This document shows positions 17,822-27,647 of a stretch of DNA of 34,868 bases, piece by piece. Numbering within the stretch: the first letter of the stretch is position 1; each line of letters starts with the position of its first letter. The notes under the pieces were generated by a model. That model had not been told where the DNA came from. It saw nothing but the letters and a program-made list of their open reading frames with translations, and searched no databases. Source of the stretch: an uncultured Planctomycetia bacterium. Lineage in GTDB: Bacteria; Planctomycetota; MHYJ01; CAYXQY01. The translations under genes and the position numbers were made by a program. Location of the stretch: contig CAYXQY010000002.1 of the NCBI GenBank assembly GCA_964466525.1, positions 31,137 to 66,004 of the forward strand. Reading direction: 5' to 3'.

Positions 17822-17946
17822 CGTCCCCGTCAGATGAATGTTTGACTGTCCAGCAGGTCCCGGTCGATCGAACAGTTCCTTCCACCGAACGCCCCACTTT
17901 CGTATAATGACTTATTCATATTGATCATAATTCCCGGCACTCCAAC

Positions 17947-18729
17947 ATGACCGATCAAAACAGGTTCAAAATTGTGAATACACGTCCCCGGCATCAATCA
18001 ACGGAACTGACCCGGAAACTCCGGGGGCTGAAAACAGCTCCGATCGAGTTCCCAACGATTGAAATTAGCGAGCCGGACGATTGGGGCCCCGTTGACGAAT
18101 CAATCACCGAACTGAGCCGGTATGATTGGCTCGTGTTTACCAGTCAGAATGGGGTTGAGAAATTCGTCCGGCGGGCCATTTCGCACGATGTTCAACCTCC
18201 GGACCCTTTCCCCGCAAACACGGCAGCCATCGGACCATCCACAGCAAATCGCCTGGAGGCGTATGGGTTGACGGTGGATGTTTGTCCTGACGAATTTCGC
18301 TCGGAATGTCTGGCCAAGGAACTGGTTCAGTGTGCAAGGACGGGAGCTCACCTTCTCTTACCTCGATCGAACATATCCCGCCCGGTTCTCGTCGACACGC
18401 TTGAACAAAATGGCCTCCGCGTGACGGAAGTTCACCCCTATCACCTCACGAAGCCGGTTGATCATTCGTCGGAAACCATCAACCTGCTCCGTGAGAAGAT
18501 CGTTCACATGATTACGTTTACCAGCTCCATGACGGTCGAAAACTTCCACGAGCTAATCCGGGAATACGATCTCCATGAACTTCAGAACCTGCCGGCCGCC
18601 TGCATCGGCCCGATCACGGCTGATACGGCTCGGGACAAGGGCTTTAAGACACCTGTTGTGGCGGATGAGTACACGCTGGACGGACTGGTCAAAGCCATAG
18701 CGAGATCTCTGCCAGACGAGCCAAAATAG
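17947..18729 (+). CDS. hemD: Uroporphyrinogen-III synthase
   Basis: TRP, YDWLVFTSQNGV, AIGPSTA, ITFTSSMTV, CIGPITA. Confidence 0.95.
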   Translation: MTDQNRFKIVNTRPRHQSTELTRKLRGLKTAPIEFPTIEISEPDDWGPVDESITELSRYDWLVFTSQNGVEKFVRRAISHDVQPPDPFPANTAAIGPSTANRLEAYGLTVDVCPDEFRSECLAKELVQCARTGAHLLLPRSNISRPVLVDTLEQNGLRVTEVHPYHLTKPVDHSSETINLLREKIVHMITFTSSMTVENFHELIREYDLHELQNLPAACIGPITADTARDKGFKTPVVADEYTLDGLVKAIARSLPDEPK

Positions 18730-18850
18730 CATCAGGGCGTGCGATCTCCTGCTGTATTTTGAATTGAAAATGTTGGATCTGTTGAGTTACATTTTGCCGT
18801 TGTCCAATTGATTCTTTATTCTGCGTTTTCCACTGCTGTCATTTCCAACT

Positions 18851-19843
18851 ATGAGTGAACGTAACTTCGGTCGAACCCGTCGAACCCGGAAGAAAGCCTC
18901 TCTGCGGCGTCTGGTGCAGGAAACCAATATGTCGGTTCATAACCTGATTCAACCGCTATTTGTTCGACCGGGAAAGAAGGTCAAACAGGAAATTCCTTCC
19001 ATGCCCGGACAATATCAGTACAGCGTGGACCTCCTCGTGGAGGAAGTGTTACGAGTTCAGGATTCCGGGGTACCGGCCGTCATTCTATTCGGGATTCCTG
19101 AGAAGAAGGATGACCGGGCATCGCGTGCGTATGCCGAGGATGGGATTATACAGAAAGCAATCCGGGCCATTCGGCAGGAAACGGACGAACTAACGTTGAT
19201 TGCGGACGTCTGTCTCTGTGAGTACATGGAACATGGACACTGCGGTGTCGTCACGGAACGAAACGGCAGGAAACAGGTGGACAATGACCGCACGCTTCCA
19301 TTAATTTCAAAAACAGCACGTTCGGTTGTGGAAGCGGGCGCGGATGTTGTGGCGCCCAGTGGCATGATGGACGGCATGGTACAAGCCATTCGGAGAAAAC
19401 TGGACGACAATGGGTTCCCAGGCGTTCCTATTCTCTCGTATGCTGCGAAATACAATTCATCCTTTTATGGTCCGTTTCGAGATGCGGCGGAATCCCCACC
19501 CCGGTTTGGCAATCGATCCCGGTATCAGATGGATCCGGCAAACAGTGATGAAGCCCTGCGGGAAATTGATCTTGACGTCGAACAGGAGGCGGATATCCTG
19601 ATGGTCAAACCCGCCCTGCCCTATCTGGATATTATCGAGCGGGCCACGTCACGCGAGAACCTGCCCGTTTTTGCTTACAGCGTGAGCGGGGAGTACGCAA
19701 TGATTCAGGCGGCGGCGGCCAATGATTGGCTGAGCGAAAAACAGGTAGCGCTTGAAATGTTAACCTCTATTCGCCGGGCGGGAGCTGAGGCAATACTTAC
19801 GTACTGGGCCACCCGGGCAGCCACATGGATCGATGAAATATGA
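18851..19843 (+). CDS. hemB: Porphobilinogen synthase (ALA dehydratase), Zn-binding type
   Basis: DVCLCEYMEHGHCG, APSGMMDG, SFYGPFRDA, YQMDPAN, MVKPALPYLD. Confidence 0.98.
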   Translation: MSERNFGRTRRTRKKASLRRLVQETNMSVHNLIQPLFVRPGKKVKQEIPSMPGQYQYSVDLLVEEVLRVQDSGVPAVILFGIPEKKDDRASRAYAEDGIIQKAIRAIRQETDELTLIADVCLCEYMEHGHCGVVTERNGRKQVDNDRTLPLISKTARSVVEAGADVVAPSGMMDGMVQAIRRKLDDNGFPGVPILSYAAKYNSSFYGPFRDAAESPPRFGNRSRYQMDPANSDEALREIDLDVEQEADILMVKPALPYLDIIERATSRENLPVFAYSVSGEYAMIQAAAANDWLSEKQVALEMLTSIRRAGAEAILTYWATRAATWIDEI

Positions 19844-19918
19844 ACGTGAACGAAGGTTAGGCGGTTATTTCTTATACGGATATGTTCCCGTTTACATCCC
19901 TATAACAGGAGTCCTGAG

Positions 19919-20470
19919 ATGATGAACTCCACCGACGATCCGTCCGATAAACCAGATAGAAAAAAACATAAACAGGCGATTGAGGCCCTGCTATTTACCA
20001 GCCCGGAGCCGCTGCAGTTCAACGACTTCAAACAGGCTGTTGACCTTCATGGAAACAAGATTAAAAGCCTGATTAAGGAACTCAACGAAGAATACAGGAA
20101 GGCGGATCGTACCTTTGAAATTCGGGAAATCGCCGGGGGCTACCAGCTGTTGACCCGTTCGGAATTCGATGATGTTCTACGTGATTACTACGGCAGGGAG
20201 GAAGATCATTCCCTGAGTCAGGCTGCCATGGAAACGCTGTCTATCGTCGCCTATGAGCAACCCATCACTCGATCCGAACTCGAGTCCATACGAGGTGTGC
20301 AATCCGGACAGTTGTTACGAAACCTGATGGATCAGGGGTTTCTCAAAATGAAAGGTAGAAAAGACACGCCCGGCCGACCCATTTTGTACGGAACCACCAA
20401 ACAGTTTCTTGAAATATTTGGGTTATCCTCACTGGACGATTTACCGGAACCCGAAGAGTTACTTGAGTAG
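19919..20470 (+). CDS. scpB: SMC-Scp complex subunit ScpB
   Basis: IEALLF, AGGYQL, LSQAAMETLSIVAYEQPITR, IRGV, PGRPILYGTT..FL..FGL. Confidence 0.96.
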   Translation: MMNSTDDPSDKPDRKKHKQAIEALLFTSPEPLQFNDFKQAVDLHGNKIKSLIKELNEEYRKADRTFEIREIAGGYQLLTRSEFDDVLRDYYGREEDHSLSQAAMETLSIVAYEQPITRSELESIRGVQSGQLLRNLMDQGFLKMKGRKDTPGRPILYGTTKQFLEIFGLSSLDDLPEPEELLE

Positions 20471-20583
20471 TATCTCGAACACGAGAATCCGTAAAAGTCG
20501 GATCCGGATCATGATGCGGAACCTATTTGTATTTCTCCCGGTATCACCTGTATCGTTCATCGATTGAAGCTGAACCCGCTGGG

Positions 20584-21519
20584 ATGACGTATTTTCTACT
20601 TCGACGCATTGTTCAGTGCATTTTTGTTCTATGGGCGGTTTCCACGCTCGTCTTCCTGATTGTGAGGCTTGCCCCCGGTGATCCCTTCACGTCCCAGAAG
20701 GGGCTATCCAAAGAAGTGCGTGAAGTTCGTTCGGAACGGTGGGGGTTGGACGAACCGTTTGTCGTTCAGTACGGAAATTTCCTGGCCAACGTCGCAACGG
20801 GGAACTTCGGCCGGTCCATGAAGCGAAAAACTTTCACGGTCAACGAAATTATTCAGGCTTCCTTTCCGGTCTCGGCCACACTCGGGCTTCTGGCACTCTG
20901 CATCGCCCTGTTCTTCGGCATACTGATTGGGAGCCTTGCCGCAGCGGGGCAGAATACCTTTCAGGACCATCTGGTTATGTCCATTTCCGTGGTGGGCATC
21001 TGTTTACCCACTTTTGTTACCGGTCCGCTTCTTGTTCTGATCTTTTCATTCTACATCGGCGGGCTGCCACCCGCCGGCTGGCCGGTAAACCTCGGGGACG
21101 TCTCGAAATTAATCCTACCGGCAACGACACTCGCCCTCCCATACATGGCATACATCGCACGCCTGACGAGAACAAGTATGCTGGATGAGTTGAACGCGGA
21201 TTATATTCGCACCGCCCTGTCGAAGGGGTTAAAGGAACGACAGGTCGTGTTTGACCATGCACTGCAGAATGCTCTTGTTCCGATCATCAGTTACCTTGGC
21301 CCCGCGTTTGCGTACATATTGACCGGTTCCGTCGTGGTGGAAAAGATTTTTCGTATTCCCGGTGTTGGGAAGCAGTTTATCAATGCAGCGATTAACCGGG
21401 ACTACAACCTGGTTCAGGGAATCACCATACTGTTCTGTTTCTTTGTTATCGCCTTTAACGCCCTGTCCGATATCGGATACGCATTTGTGGATCCTCGCGT
21501 TCGACTGAATAACAGTTAA
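20584..21519 (+). CDS. oppB: Oligopeptide/dipeptide ABC transporter permease (OppB/DppB)
   Basis: LAPGDPF, QYGNFL..GNFGRS, ARLTRTSM..DYIRTALSKGL, VVVEKIF..PG, RDY, DPR. ATG at 20584. Confidence 0.92.
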   Translation: MTYFLLRRIVQCIFVLWAVSTLVFLIVRLAPGDPFTSQKGLSKEVREVRSERWGLDEPFVVQYGNFLANVATGNFGRSMKRKTFTVNEIIQASFPVSATLGLLALCIALFFGILIGSLAAAGQNTFQDHLVMSISVVGICLPTFVTGPLLVLIFSFYIGGLPPAGWPVNLGDVSKLILPATTLALPYMAYIARLTRTSMLDELNADYIRTALSKGLKERQVVFDHALQNALVPIISYLGPAFAYILTGSVVVEKIFRIPGVGKQFINAAINRDYNLVQGITILFCFFVIAFNALSDIGYAFVDPRVRLNNS

Positions 21520-21523
21520 ATCT

Positions 21524-22495
21524 ATGCCTTCCGATCAACACGTTACAGCGGCATCGGATGAAGGTTCGCTGCCGAATGATGCCTCCGAAGTTGATTCCGT
21601 GACAGATAACCATCAACTCCAGCAGGTGGTGAGGGAGTTACTCAACCGGTCCTCCGGTCTGTTCAGCATCTGTTTCCTGTTTACGGTTACATTCACGTGT
21701 CTCCTGCTCCCGGAATGTTTTGCCTACTTCGGAATCGATTACGCCAGCGGGAGCCTGGCGAATCAGTATCAACCTCCCGGGTGGCCTCACATATTCGGCA
21801 CGGATTTACATGGCCGGGATGTCTTCCTCCGAATTCTGTACGGTGGGCGTATTTCGTTGTCCGTCGGTCTTGTCGCAACCCTTGTTTCTATGCTGATCGG
21901 GGTAACCTGGGGAACCCTTGCGGGATATGTCGGGGGCGTGCTGGATACGATCATGATGCGAATCGTTGACGCCCTGTACGCCCTGCCTTTTCTGTTTCTC
22001 GTCATTTTGATGATGTCTCTGGTCAATTTAAAAACCCTCGACACGTATGAAATCATGCTTCTTCTCTTTGTTGCACTCGGTGCTGTCCAATGGTTGACCA
22101 TGTCCCGTATCGTTCGAGGTGAAGTCATAACCCTGAAAGAAAAGGAGTACGTCCAGGGTGGACGTGCCCTCGGTGCAACGAATCTAACAATCATCCTTCG
22201 ATACCTTTTGCCGAACATTATCGCCCCGGTTCTCGTCTATGCCTCCCTAACCCTTCCACAGGTCATTCTGCAGGAAGCCTTCCTGAGTTTTCTCGGCCTC
22301 GGAATACAGCCCCCGTATCCTTCCTGGGGGTCGATGATGGATGCGGGTGCTTCCGCTCTGAATCCGATCCAGAGTCGGTGGTGGTTAATCCTATTTCCCT
22401 CCCTTTTTCTTGCCGGGACCCTTCTGAGCCTGAACCTGCTCGGTGACAACCTGCGGGACATTCTGGATCCGCGGGAGGCTTCAACACAACCCTGA
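21524..22495 (+). CDS. oppC: Oligopeptide/dipeptide ABC transporter permease (OppC/DppC)
   Basis: HIFGTDLHGRD, GGRISL, EAFLSFLGLG..PSWG, GDNLRDILDP. Confidence 0.93.
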   Translation: MPSDQHVTAASDEGSLPNDASEVDSVTDNHQLQQVVRELLNRSSGLFSICFLFTVTFTCLLLPECFAYFGIDYASGSLANQYQPPGWPHIFGTDLHGRDVFLRILYGGRISLSVGLVATLVSMLIGVTWGTLAGYVGGVLDTIMMRIVDALYALPFLFLVILMMSLVNLKTLDTYEIMLLLFVALGAVQWLTMSRIVRGEVITLKEKEYVQGGRALGATNLTIILRYLLPNIIAPVLVYASLTLPQVILQEAFLSFLGLGIQPPYPSWGSMMDAGASALNPIQSRWWLILFPSLFLAGTLLSLNLLGDNLRDILDPREASTQP

Positions 22496-22948
22496 TAGAC
22501 GGCTAAAACATCCTAAAATCGTCAGCGATAGGAATTGTGTGAAAGGAAAGTGGGGGCTTTGTAACGACCTGATGACTACAGCGACTTTCCAACGACATTT
22601 CGAGCGAAATCACACCCAGTTGACGTCCCAATCTTGTCAGACGGATAAATCTTCGGCGGTTCTGAAATATCCTGGCAGGAACTCCAGATACAGAAAACGT
22701 AGAAGCGGGTTTATTTTGTTCGGAAGGTATGTAAAACTAATTGTGTAATTATGTCCTATGAAGCGTGAAACTGAGAGGGTTGGTTGGAAGCTGAAGTTCA
22801 CTTGCCTGACAGAGCATAAATAATACCGGTCGTTCAGGCAATTTTCTTTACCCTCTTTGATCGCAGCTTGCGGGCTGGTTTCTGCTGCAAGTGAATGGTT
22901 TATTTCCGTCTCACAAATCGCGTTAAATAAATTTTTCCAGGAGGATTT

Positions 22949-24016
22949 ATGTCTGATACGTCTACGGAAAGTCGAGGTATTGTGGGGGCGGCCCTTGAAG
23001 AACTGGACGAGGTGCCGGAGGAATACGACGAAGAAAAATACGAGAAAATAAACATTGTTGAAGCTGTCAGCACCACCCTGGCCAAGAAGATGGAGGAAGA
23101 TGAAAGCGTGGTGGTCATGGGAGAGGATGTCGGAAAGAACGGCGGTGTTTTTCGTGCAACGGAAGGATTGTACGAGAAATTTGGCGGGGAGCGGGTTATA
23201 GACACCCCCCTTGCCGAATCCGGAATCATTGGCACCGCCATCGGTATGGCCACCAACGGAAAAAAACCGGTCGCGGAACTCCAGTTTATGGGTTTTATGG
23301 CCCCGGCATTTGATCAGATCGTTTCGCACGCCGCCCGACTACGGTGGCGAACAACAAATAACTTCCACGTCCCACTCGTCGTGCGCATGCCCATGGGGGC
23401 CGGTATACGATCTCCGGAACACCATTCCGAAAGCACGGAAGCATATATTGCTCATACCCCGGGTCTGAAAGTGGTCATGCCCTCGACAGCAGTTGACACA
23501 CGCGGATTGTTAGTCTCCGCAATTGAAGACCCGGATCCGGTGCTTTTCCTGGAACCAAAGCGGATTTATCGGCGAAAAAAGGAACTCGTGCCAAAAGATC
23601 TCTATAACGTACCCATTGGTGAAGCGAAGGTCTTACAGGAAGGGAACGACCTGACCTTACTGACCTGGGGCCCCACGACGGTTGCCGCGAAGGAAGCAAC
23701 CGAATCGTTATCCGAAGACGGCATTAACGTCGAACTCATCGATCTGCGAACGGTTATGCCCTATGACCGGGACGCGGTCATCAAATCATTCAAGAAAACC
23801 GGGCGTTGTGTGATTGCTCACGAAGCACCCCGTAGCTTCGGTCCCGCGGCCGAACTCACCACGAAGATTCAGGAAGAAGCCTTACTGTACATGGAAGCTC
23901 CCGTCGAACGTGTGACCGGGTTCGACACCCCCCCACCACTCGGGGAATACGAAGATTATTACATGCCCGGAACAGATCGAATTATTGAAGCAGCTGATCG
24001 TGTATTAAACTTTTAA
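22949..24016 (+). CDS. pdhB: 2-oxoacid (pyruvate/branched-chain) dehydrogenase E1 beta subunit
   Basis: GEDVGKNGGVFRATEGL, DTPLAESGI, ELQF, PEHHSES, PGLKVV, IDLRT; AGGAGG RBS. Substrate specificity is not determinable here. Confidence 0.93.
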   Translation: MSDTSTESRGIVGAALEELDEVPEEYDEEKYEKINIVEAVSTTLAKKMEEDESVVVMGEDVGKNGGVFRATEGLYEKFGGERVIDTPLAESGIIGTAIGMATNGKKPVAELQFMGFMAPAFDQIVSHAARLRWRTTNNFHVPLVVRMPMGAGIRSPEHHSESTEAYIAHTPGLKVVMPSTAVDTRGLLVSAIEDPDPVLFLEPKRIYRRKKELVPKDLYNVPIGEAKVLQEGNDLTLLTWGPTTVAAKEATESLSEDGINVELIDLRTVMPYDRDAVIKSFKKTGRCVIAHEAPRSFGPAAELTTKIQEEALLYMEAPVERVTGFDTPPPLGEYEDYYMPGTDRIIEAADRVLNF

Positions 24017-24030
24017 CGGAGGAACCAACG

Positions 24031-25107
24031 ATGCCAAGAGATGTTGTTCACGACTTTTCAATAGAGAACGTCCAGATCCTCGACAAGGACGGAAATATTG
24101 ACGATGATCTGGATCCGGAACTCGACGACGAACAGCTGTACGAACTTCTGTATCACATGAAGCGCGGGCGCCTTCTGGACGAACGGGCGCTGAAACTATC
24201 CTACGGCGGACGTCTGGGGATTTTTGCTCCCGCCAAAGGACAGGAAGCCGCTCAGGTGGGAACGGCTTATGCGATGAACGAGGAAGACTGGATGTTTCCC
24301 TCGTACAGGGATCACCTGGCCGGTATCGTCCGTGGCATGAACCTTGAATATTCCCTACTGTACTGGGGAGGAGACGAGCGGGGTATTGATTATGGGTACG
24401 CCCATAACGTGTTTCCCATTGCCATCCCCGTCGGTTCACAACCTCTGCATGCTGTGGGCCACGCGTACGCCAATCAGATGGATGACGACAACGGTGTGGC
24501 GGTCACTTTCTTCGGAGACGGAGCGACCTCCACCGGGGATACGCAGGAGGCCATGAACTTCGCCGGCGCCTGGGATGCACCGGTGCTGTTTCTCTGTCAG
24601 AACAATCAGTACGCCATCTCCGTACCACGTGAAAAGAAACAGACCGGGGCTGAAACAATCGCGCAAAAAGCCATAAGTTACGGGTTTGAAGGGGTTCAGG
24701 TCGACGGAAACGACGCACTCGCAGTGTATCAGGAAGTGAAAAAAGCCCTGAAAAAAGCACGAAACGGTGGTGGGCCGACGCTTATTGAGGCAGTGACGTT
24801 CCGGCGTGGCCCCCACACCACCCCGGACGACCCGGACCGATACCGTTCGGATGAGGAGGTCGAGAAATGGAAGGAACGTGATCCGATAAAGCGATTTGAA
24901 AGCTACATGAAGAGTGAGGATATTCTCGACGACGACGAGTTGGAAGACCTGGAAGAACAGATCAAAGAAGAAGTCGACGAAGCGATTTTTCGTTATGAAA
25001 ACATTCCGGAGAAGGACCCAATTTTCTTCTTCGATCAGATATACGACGAAAAACCGTGGCACCTCGAGGAACAACAGCAGCAGCTTCTTGAGGAAATTGA
25101 GGAGTAA
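24031..25107 (+). CDS. pdhA: 2-oxoacid (pyruvate/branched-chain) dehydrogenase E1 alpha subunit
   Basis: GQEAAQVG, PSYRD, TPP-binding GDGATS..NN, VDGND, GPHTTPDDP..YR. Confidence 0.93.
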   Translation: MPRDVVHDFSIENVQILDKDGNIDDDLDPELDDEQLYELLYHMKRGRLLDERALKLSYGGRLGIFAPAKGQEAAQVGTAYAMNEEDWMFPSYRDHLAGIVRGMNLEYSLLYWGGDERGIDYGYAHNVFPIAIPVGSQPLHAVGHAYANQMDDDNGVAVTFFGDGATSTGDTQEAMNFAGAWDAPVLFLCQNNQYAISVPREKKQTGAETIAQKAISYGFEGVQVDGNDALAVYQEVKKALKKARNGGGPTLIEAVTFRRGPHTTPDDPDRYRSDEEVEKWKERDPIKRFESYMKSEDILDDDELEDLEEQIKEEVDEAIFRYENIPEKDPIFFFDQIYDEKPWHLEEQQQQLLEEIEE

Positions 25108-25159
25108 ACAGATCGTTACTCCGAATATAGTCCTTGACCCTGACCCGGTTCCTCACTAA

Positions 25160-25432
25160 GAGACTGCTGAAAAACCCCCACAACGTCTGCGAAACGAGTT
25201 GTGTCGAAGAGCGTGGAGTCCGCCGCAGTCGATGCCGCCAGTGCATCGACGTGGAGGATTTGACAAAGCTATTCGGCGTAACTCGTTTCGTCTCAAGGAA
25301 ATAGAATGCAATTGGAGTCTCTGGGCGATTGCGTATTCTCGCCGATGCTCTTTCGGCATCGCCTGCGAATTCGCGCACCACGGAGATCAGAATTGCATTT
25401 TACTGACGAAGCGGGGGTTTTTCAGCAGCCTC
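25160..25432. mobile_element. MITE-like non-autonomous element (273 bp) with 20-bp terminal inverted repeats
   Basis: Left end GAGACTGCTGAAAAACCCCC; right end (reverse complement) GAGGCTGCTGAAAAACCCCC. Flanked by CTAA and CTAG. No transposase ORF. Related copies at 9570-9843 and 34634-34808. Confidence 0.8.
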
Positions 25433-25489
25433 CTAGCGATTGTCATTGCATAATTCGCATGCACAGCGTTTCTGTTTTCGTGAAGGAAG

Positions 25490-26788
25490 ATGGCTACTGT
25501 ATTTGATTTACCCGACATCGGCGAAGGAATTCAGGAAGGTGAAATCGTCACCTGGCTCGTTGAAGAGGGGGATACAATCCAGGAGGATGAACCGATTGCC
25601 GAAGTGATGACGGACAAGGCAACGGTTGAAGTGCCCTCACCCCGTTCAGGAGTCATACTCAAGCGCTTCAACGAAGAGGGGGATATGGTTGATACGCATA
25701 CCCCGCTTGTGGTCATCGGTGACGAAGGGGAAGAATGGGAAGAACCCACGGAACCGTCGGATGTGTCCAAAACGGAAGAGGCTGAAAGGGAAACGGATTT
25801 TGAAACTGCGGAAACAGGGGAGTCTACCGATGAACCCATCACCTCTGCAGCGGATACCACAGCCCCATCAAATGAGCCCGAGCTCAAGAAAGCCCCCGAG
25901 GGTCGCGTGCTCGCCACACCAGCCACTCGGCGTGTGGCTCGTGAACAGGATGTGGATATAACGCAGGTCGAGGGAACCGGCAAGGCCGGCCGGATATTGA
26001 AAGAAGACGTCCTGCGCTTCGCCGAGGACGAGACCGCTGCTACTCCGGAAACGCCCACGTCCCCACTGGAGGAAGTTACGGGGGAAGAAGACGAGGAAAC
26101 CATCCCGTACAGCGGCGTGCGTAAAACTATTGGACAGGCCATGTCGGCTTCCAAGAACAACGCCGCCCACTTCACGCACGTCGACGAAGTGGACATGACC
26201 GAGATCGTCGAGGCAAGGAATGTTTTGAAGAAAAAAGCGGAGGAACGCAGCATCAAACTTCACTACCTTCCCTTTATCATCAAGGCGCTTGTCCCCGCTC
26301 TGAAGGAATTTCCTCAGATGAATTCCACACTCGACGAGGAGGAAGGTCAGATTCGCATCAAGAACTATTATCACATCGGATTTGCCTGTGACACGAAAGA
26401 AGGCCTCAAAGTGCCCGTGATACGTCACGTGGACAAAAAGAGCATCTTCCACATCGCACAGGAAATACAGGAAAAAGCCGAGGCGGCACGGGATGGCTCC
26501 ATTAAACCGGAAGACCTTCAGGGCTCCACGTTTACCGTGACCAGCGCCGGAAATATCGGGGGGCTTTTTGCAACACCTGTGATTAATTATCCGGAGGTCG
26601 GTATACTCGGCGTACACGAGATCAAAGAACGACCCGTCGCCGTCAACGGTGACGTTGAAGTACGGGACATGATGTATCTGAGCCTCTCCTTCGATCATCG
26701 CGTCGTCGATGGAGCGGACGGAGCGCGTTTCTGTAACCGGTTGATCGAATTTCTCGAAACGCCAGCCCTCCTTCTTGCTGAACTGTAA
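25490..26788 (+). CDS. pdhC: Dihydrolipoamide acyltransferase E2 (one lipoyl domain)
   Basis: [18 protein letters not shown] lipoyl-Lys, [10 protein letters not shown]1/E3-binding domain, SFDHRVVDG catalytic motif. Confidence 0.95.
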   Translation: MATVFDLPDIGEGIQEGEIVTWLVEEGDTIQEDEPIAEVMTDKATVEVPSPRSGVILKRFNEEGDMVDTHTPLVVIGDEGEEWEEPTEPSDVSKTEEAERETDFETAETGESTDEPITSAADTTAPSNEPELKKAPEGRVLATPATRRVAREQDVDITQVEGTGKAGRILKEDVLRFAEDETAATPETPTSPLEEVTGEEDEETIPYSGVRKTIGQAMSASKNNAAHFTHVDEVDMTEIVEARNVLKKKAEERSIKLHYLPFIIKALVPALKEFPQMNSTLDEEEGQIRIKNYYHIGFACDTKEGLKVPVIRHVDKKSIFHIAQEIQEKAEAARDGSIKPEDLQGSTFTVTSAGNIGGLFATPVINYPEVGILGVHEIKERPVAVNGDVEVRDMMYLSLSFDHRVVDGADGARFCNRLIEFLETPALLLAEL

Positions 26789-26929
26789 TCCTCAGGAACA
26801 GGGACGTTTATAGACACCCGCTCTGTCAACTGCGTTCAGCCTCCGGGTTTAACGGTCTTTCGTCAGGAGATCGTGGGGTTGGTCTTAATCGTTTTCATCT
26901 AACTTACCCATCAGGAGACGATTTTTCCC

Positions 26930-27418
26930 ATGCCGCCCAACCCACTCATTGATCTTGACCGCATTGACCCTTCGGATCGTTTGTACGAGAAGCACCAAAT
27001 CCGGAAGGTAAATCCGCAGCGAAATAACATGGAACAGCTGGACGCGGTGATTACGCTGTTTGACGACGAGAATGTGATGGTGGGTTTCAAATCCGTTACA
27101 GGTGACGAGTTCTGGACCGACGGTCATCTTCCGGATCATCCCATCATGCCCGGTTGTCTGATTGTCGAAGCCGCCGCACAGTTATGCTCATTCTGGTATG
27201 GGAACGACCGTGACGACGACCGGTTCATCGGGTTCGGTGGGCTGGATGACGTCACATTTCGATCTCAGGTTACCCCGGGAGACAAACTCCTACTGCTTGC
27301 TCATCCGATCGAAGTTCGCAGCAGACGCATGAAGTATAAGACCCAGGGCGTGGTTGACCAGCAGGTCGTTTTTGAAGGGGTAATTATCGGTATGCCATTG
27401 TCAGCTTCTTCCAGCTGA
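26930..27418 (+). CDS. FabA/FabZ-family beta-hydroxyacyl-ACP dehydratase
   Basis: NPQR..MEQLD, EFWTDGHLPDHPIMPGCLIVEAAAQL, TFRSQVTPGD hot-dog-fold motifs. Confidence 0.88.
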   Translation: MPPNPLIDLDRIDPSDRLYEKHQIRKVNPQRNNMEQLDAVITLFDDENVMVGFKSVTGDEFWTDGHLPDHPIMPGCLIVEAAAQLCSFWYGNDRDDDRFIGFGGLDDVTFRSQVTPGDKLLLLAHPIEVRSRRMKYKTQGVVDQQVVFEGVIIGMPLSASSS

Positions 27419-27565
27419 ACCTGCAGTGTCACAAACGACCAATGGTCGTTTTCTCCTCCCTATCTACCTCCGTACACTGAACAATATCTGTTTGGTTCTC
27501 CAATAAGCCCCGGTCAACAATCCTGATAGTCCACCACGACGTTCTCCTCATGTGCGGTTGGATGT

Positions 27566-27608
27566 AAAAAAACCGAAATGCACGAGGGGAAACCCCGTAC
27601 ATTCCGGT
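27566..27608 (-). terminator. Intrinsic terminator after pnp
   Basis: Minus-strand ACCGGAATGTACGGGG-TTT-CCCCTCGTGCATTTCGGT followed by a T run. Confidence 0.75.
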
Positions 27609-27647
27609 ATAATGTCTTCTCGGTTTCTATACGGATGGATAAGAGGT

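Noticed and set aside
17947-22495. Incomplete operons (hemD-hemB without hemC, scpB without scpA, oppBC without oppADF)
   Set aside because: Dispersed operons are common; the partner genes are probably elsewhere in the genome.
24436-26698. Long antisense ORFs (212, 241 and 276 aa) over pdhA/pdhC
   Set aside because: Shadow frames of strongly codon-biased genes, with no recognisable motifs.
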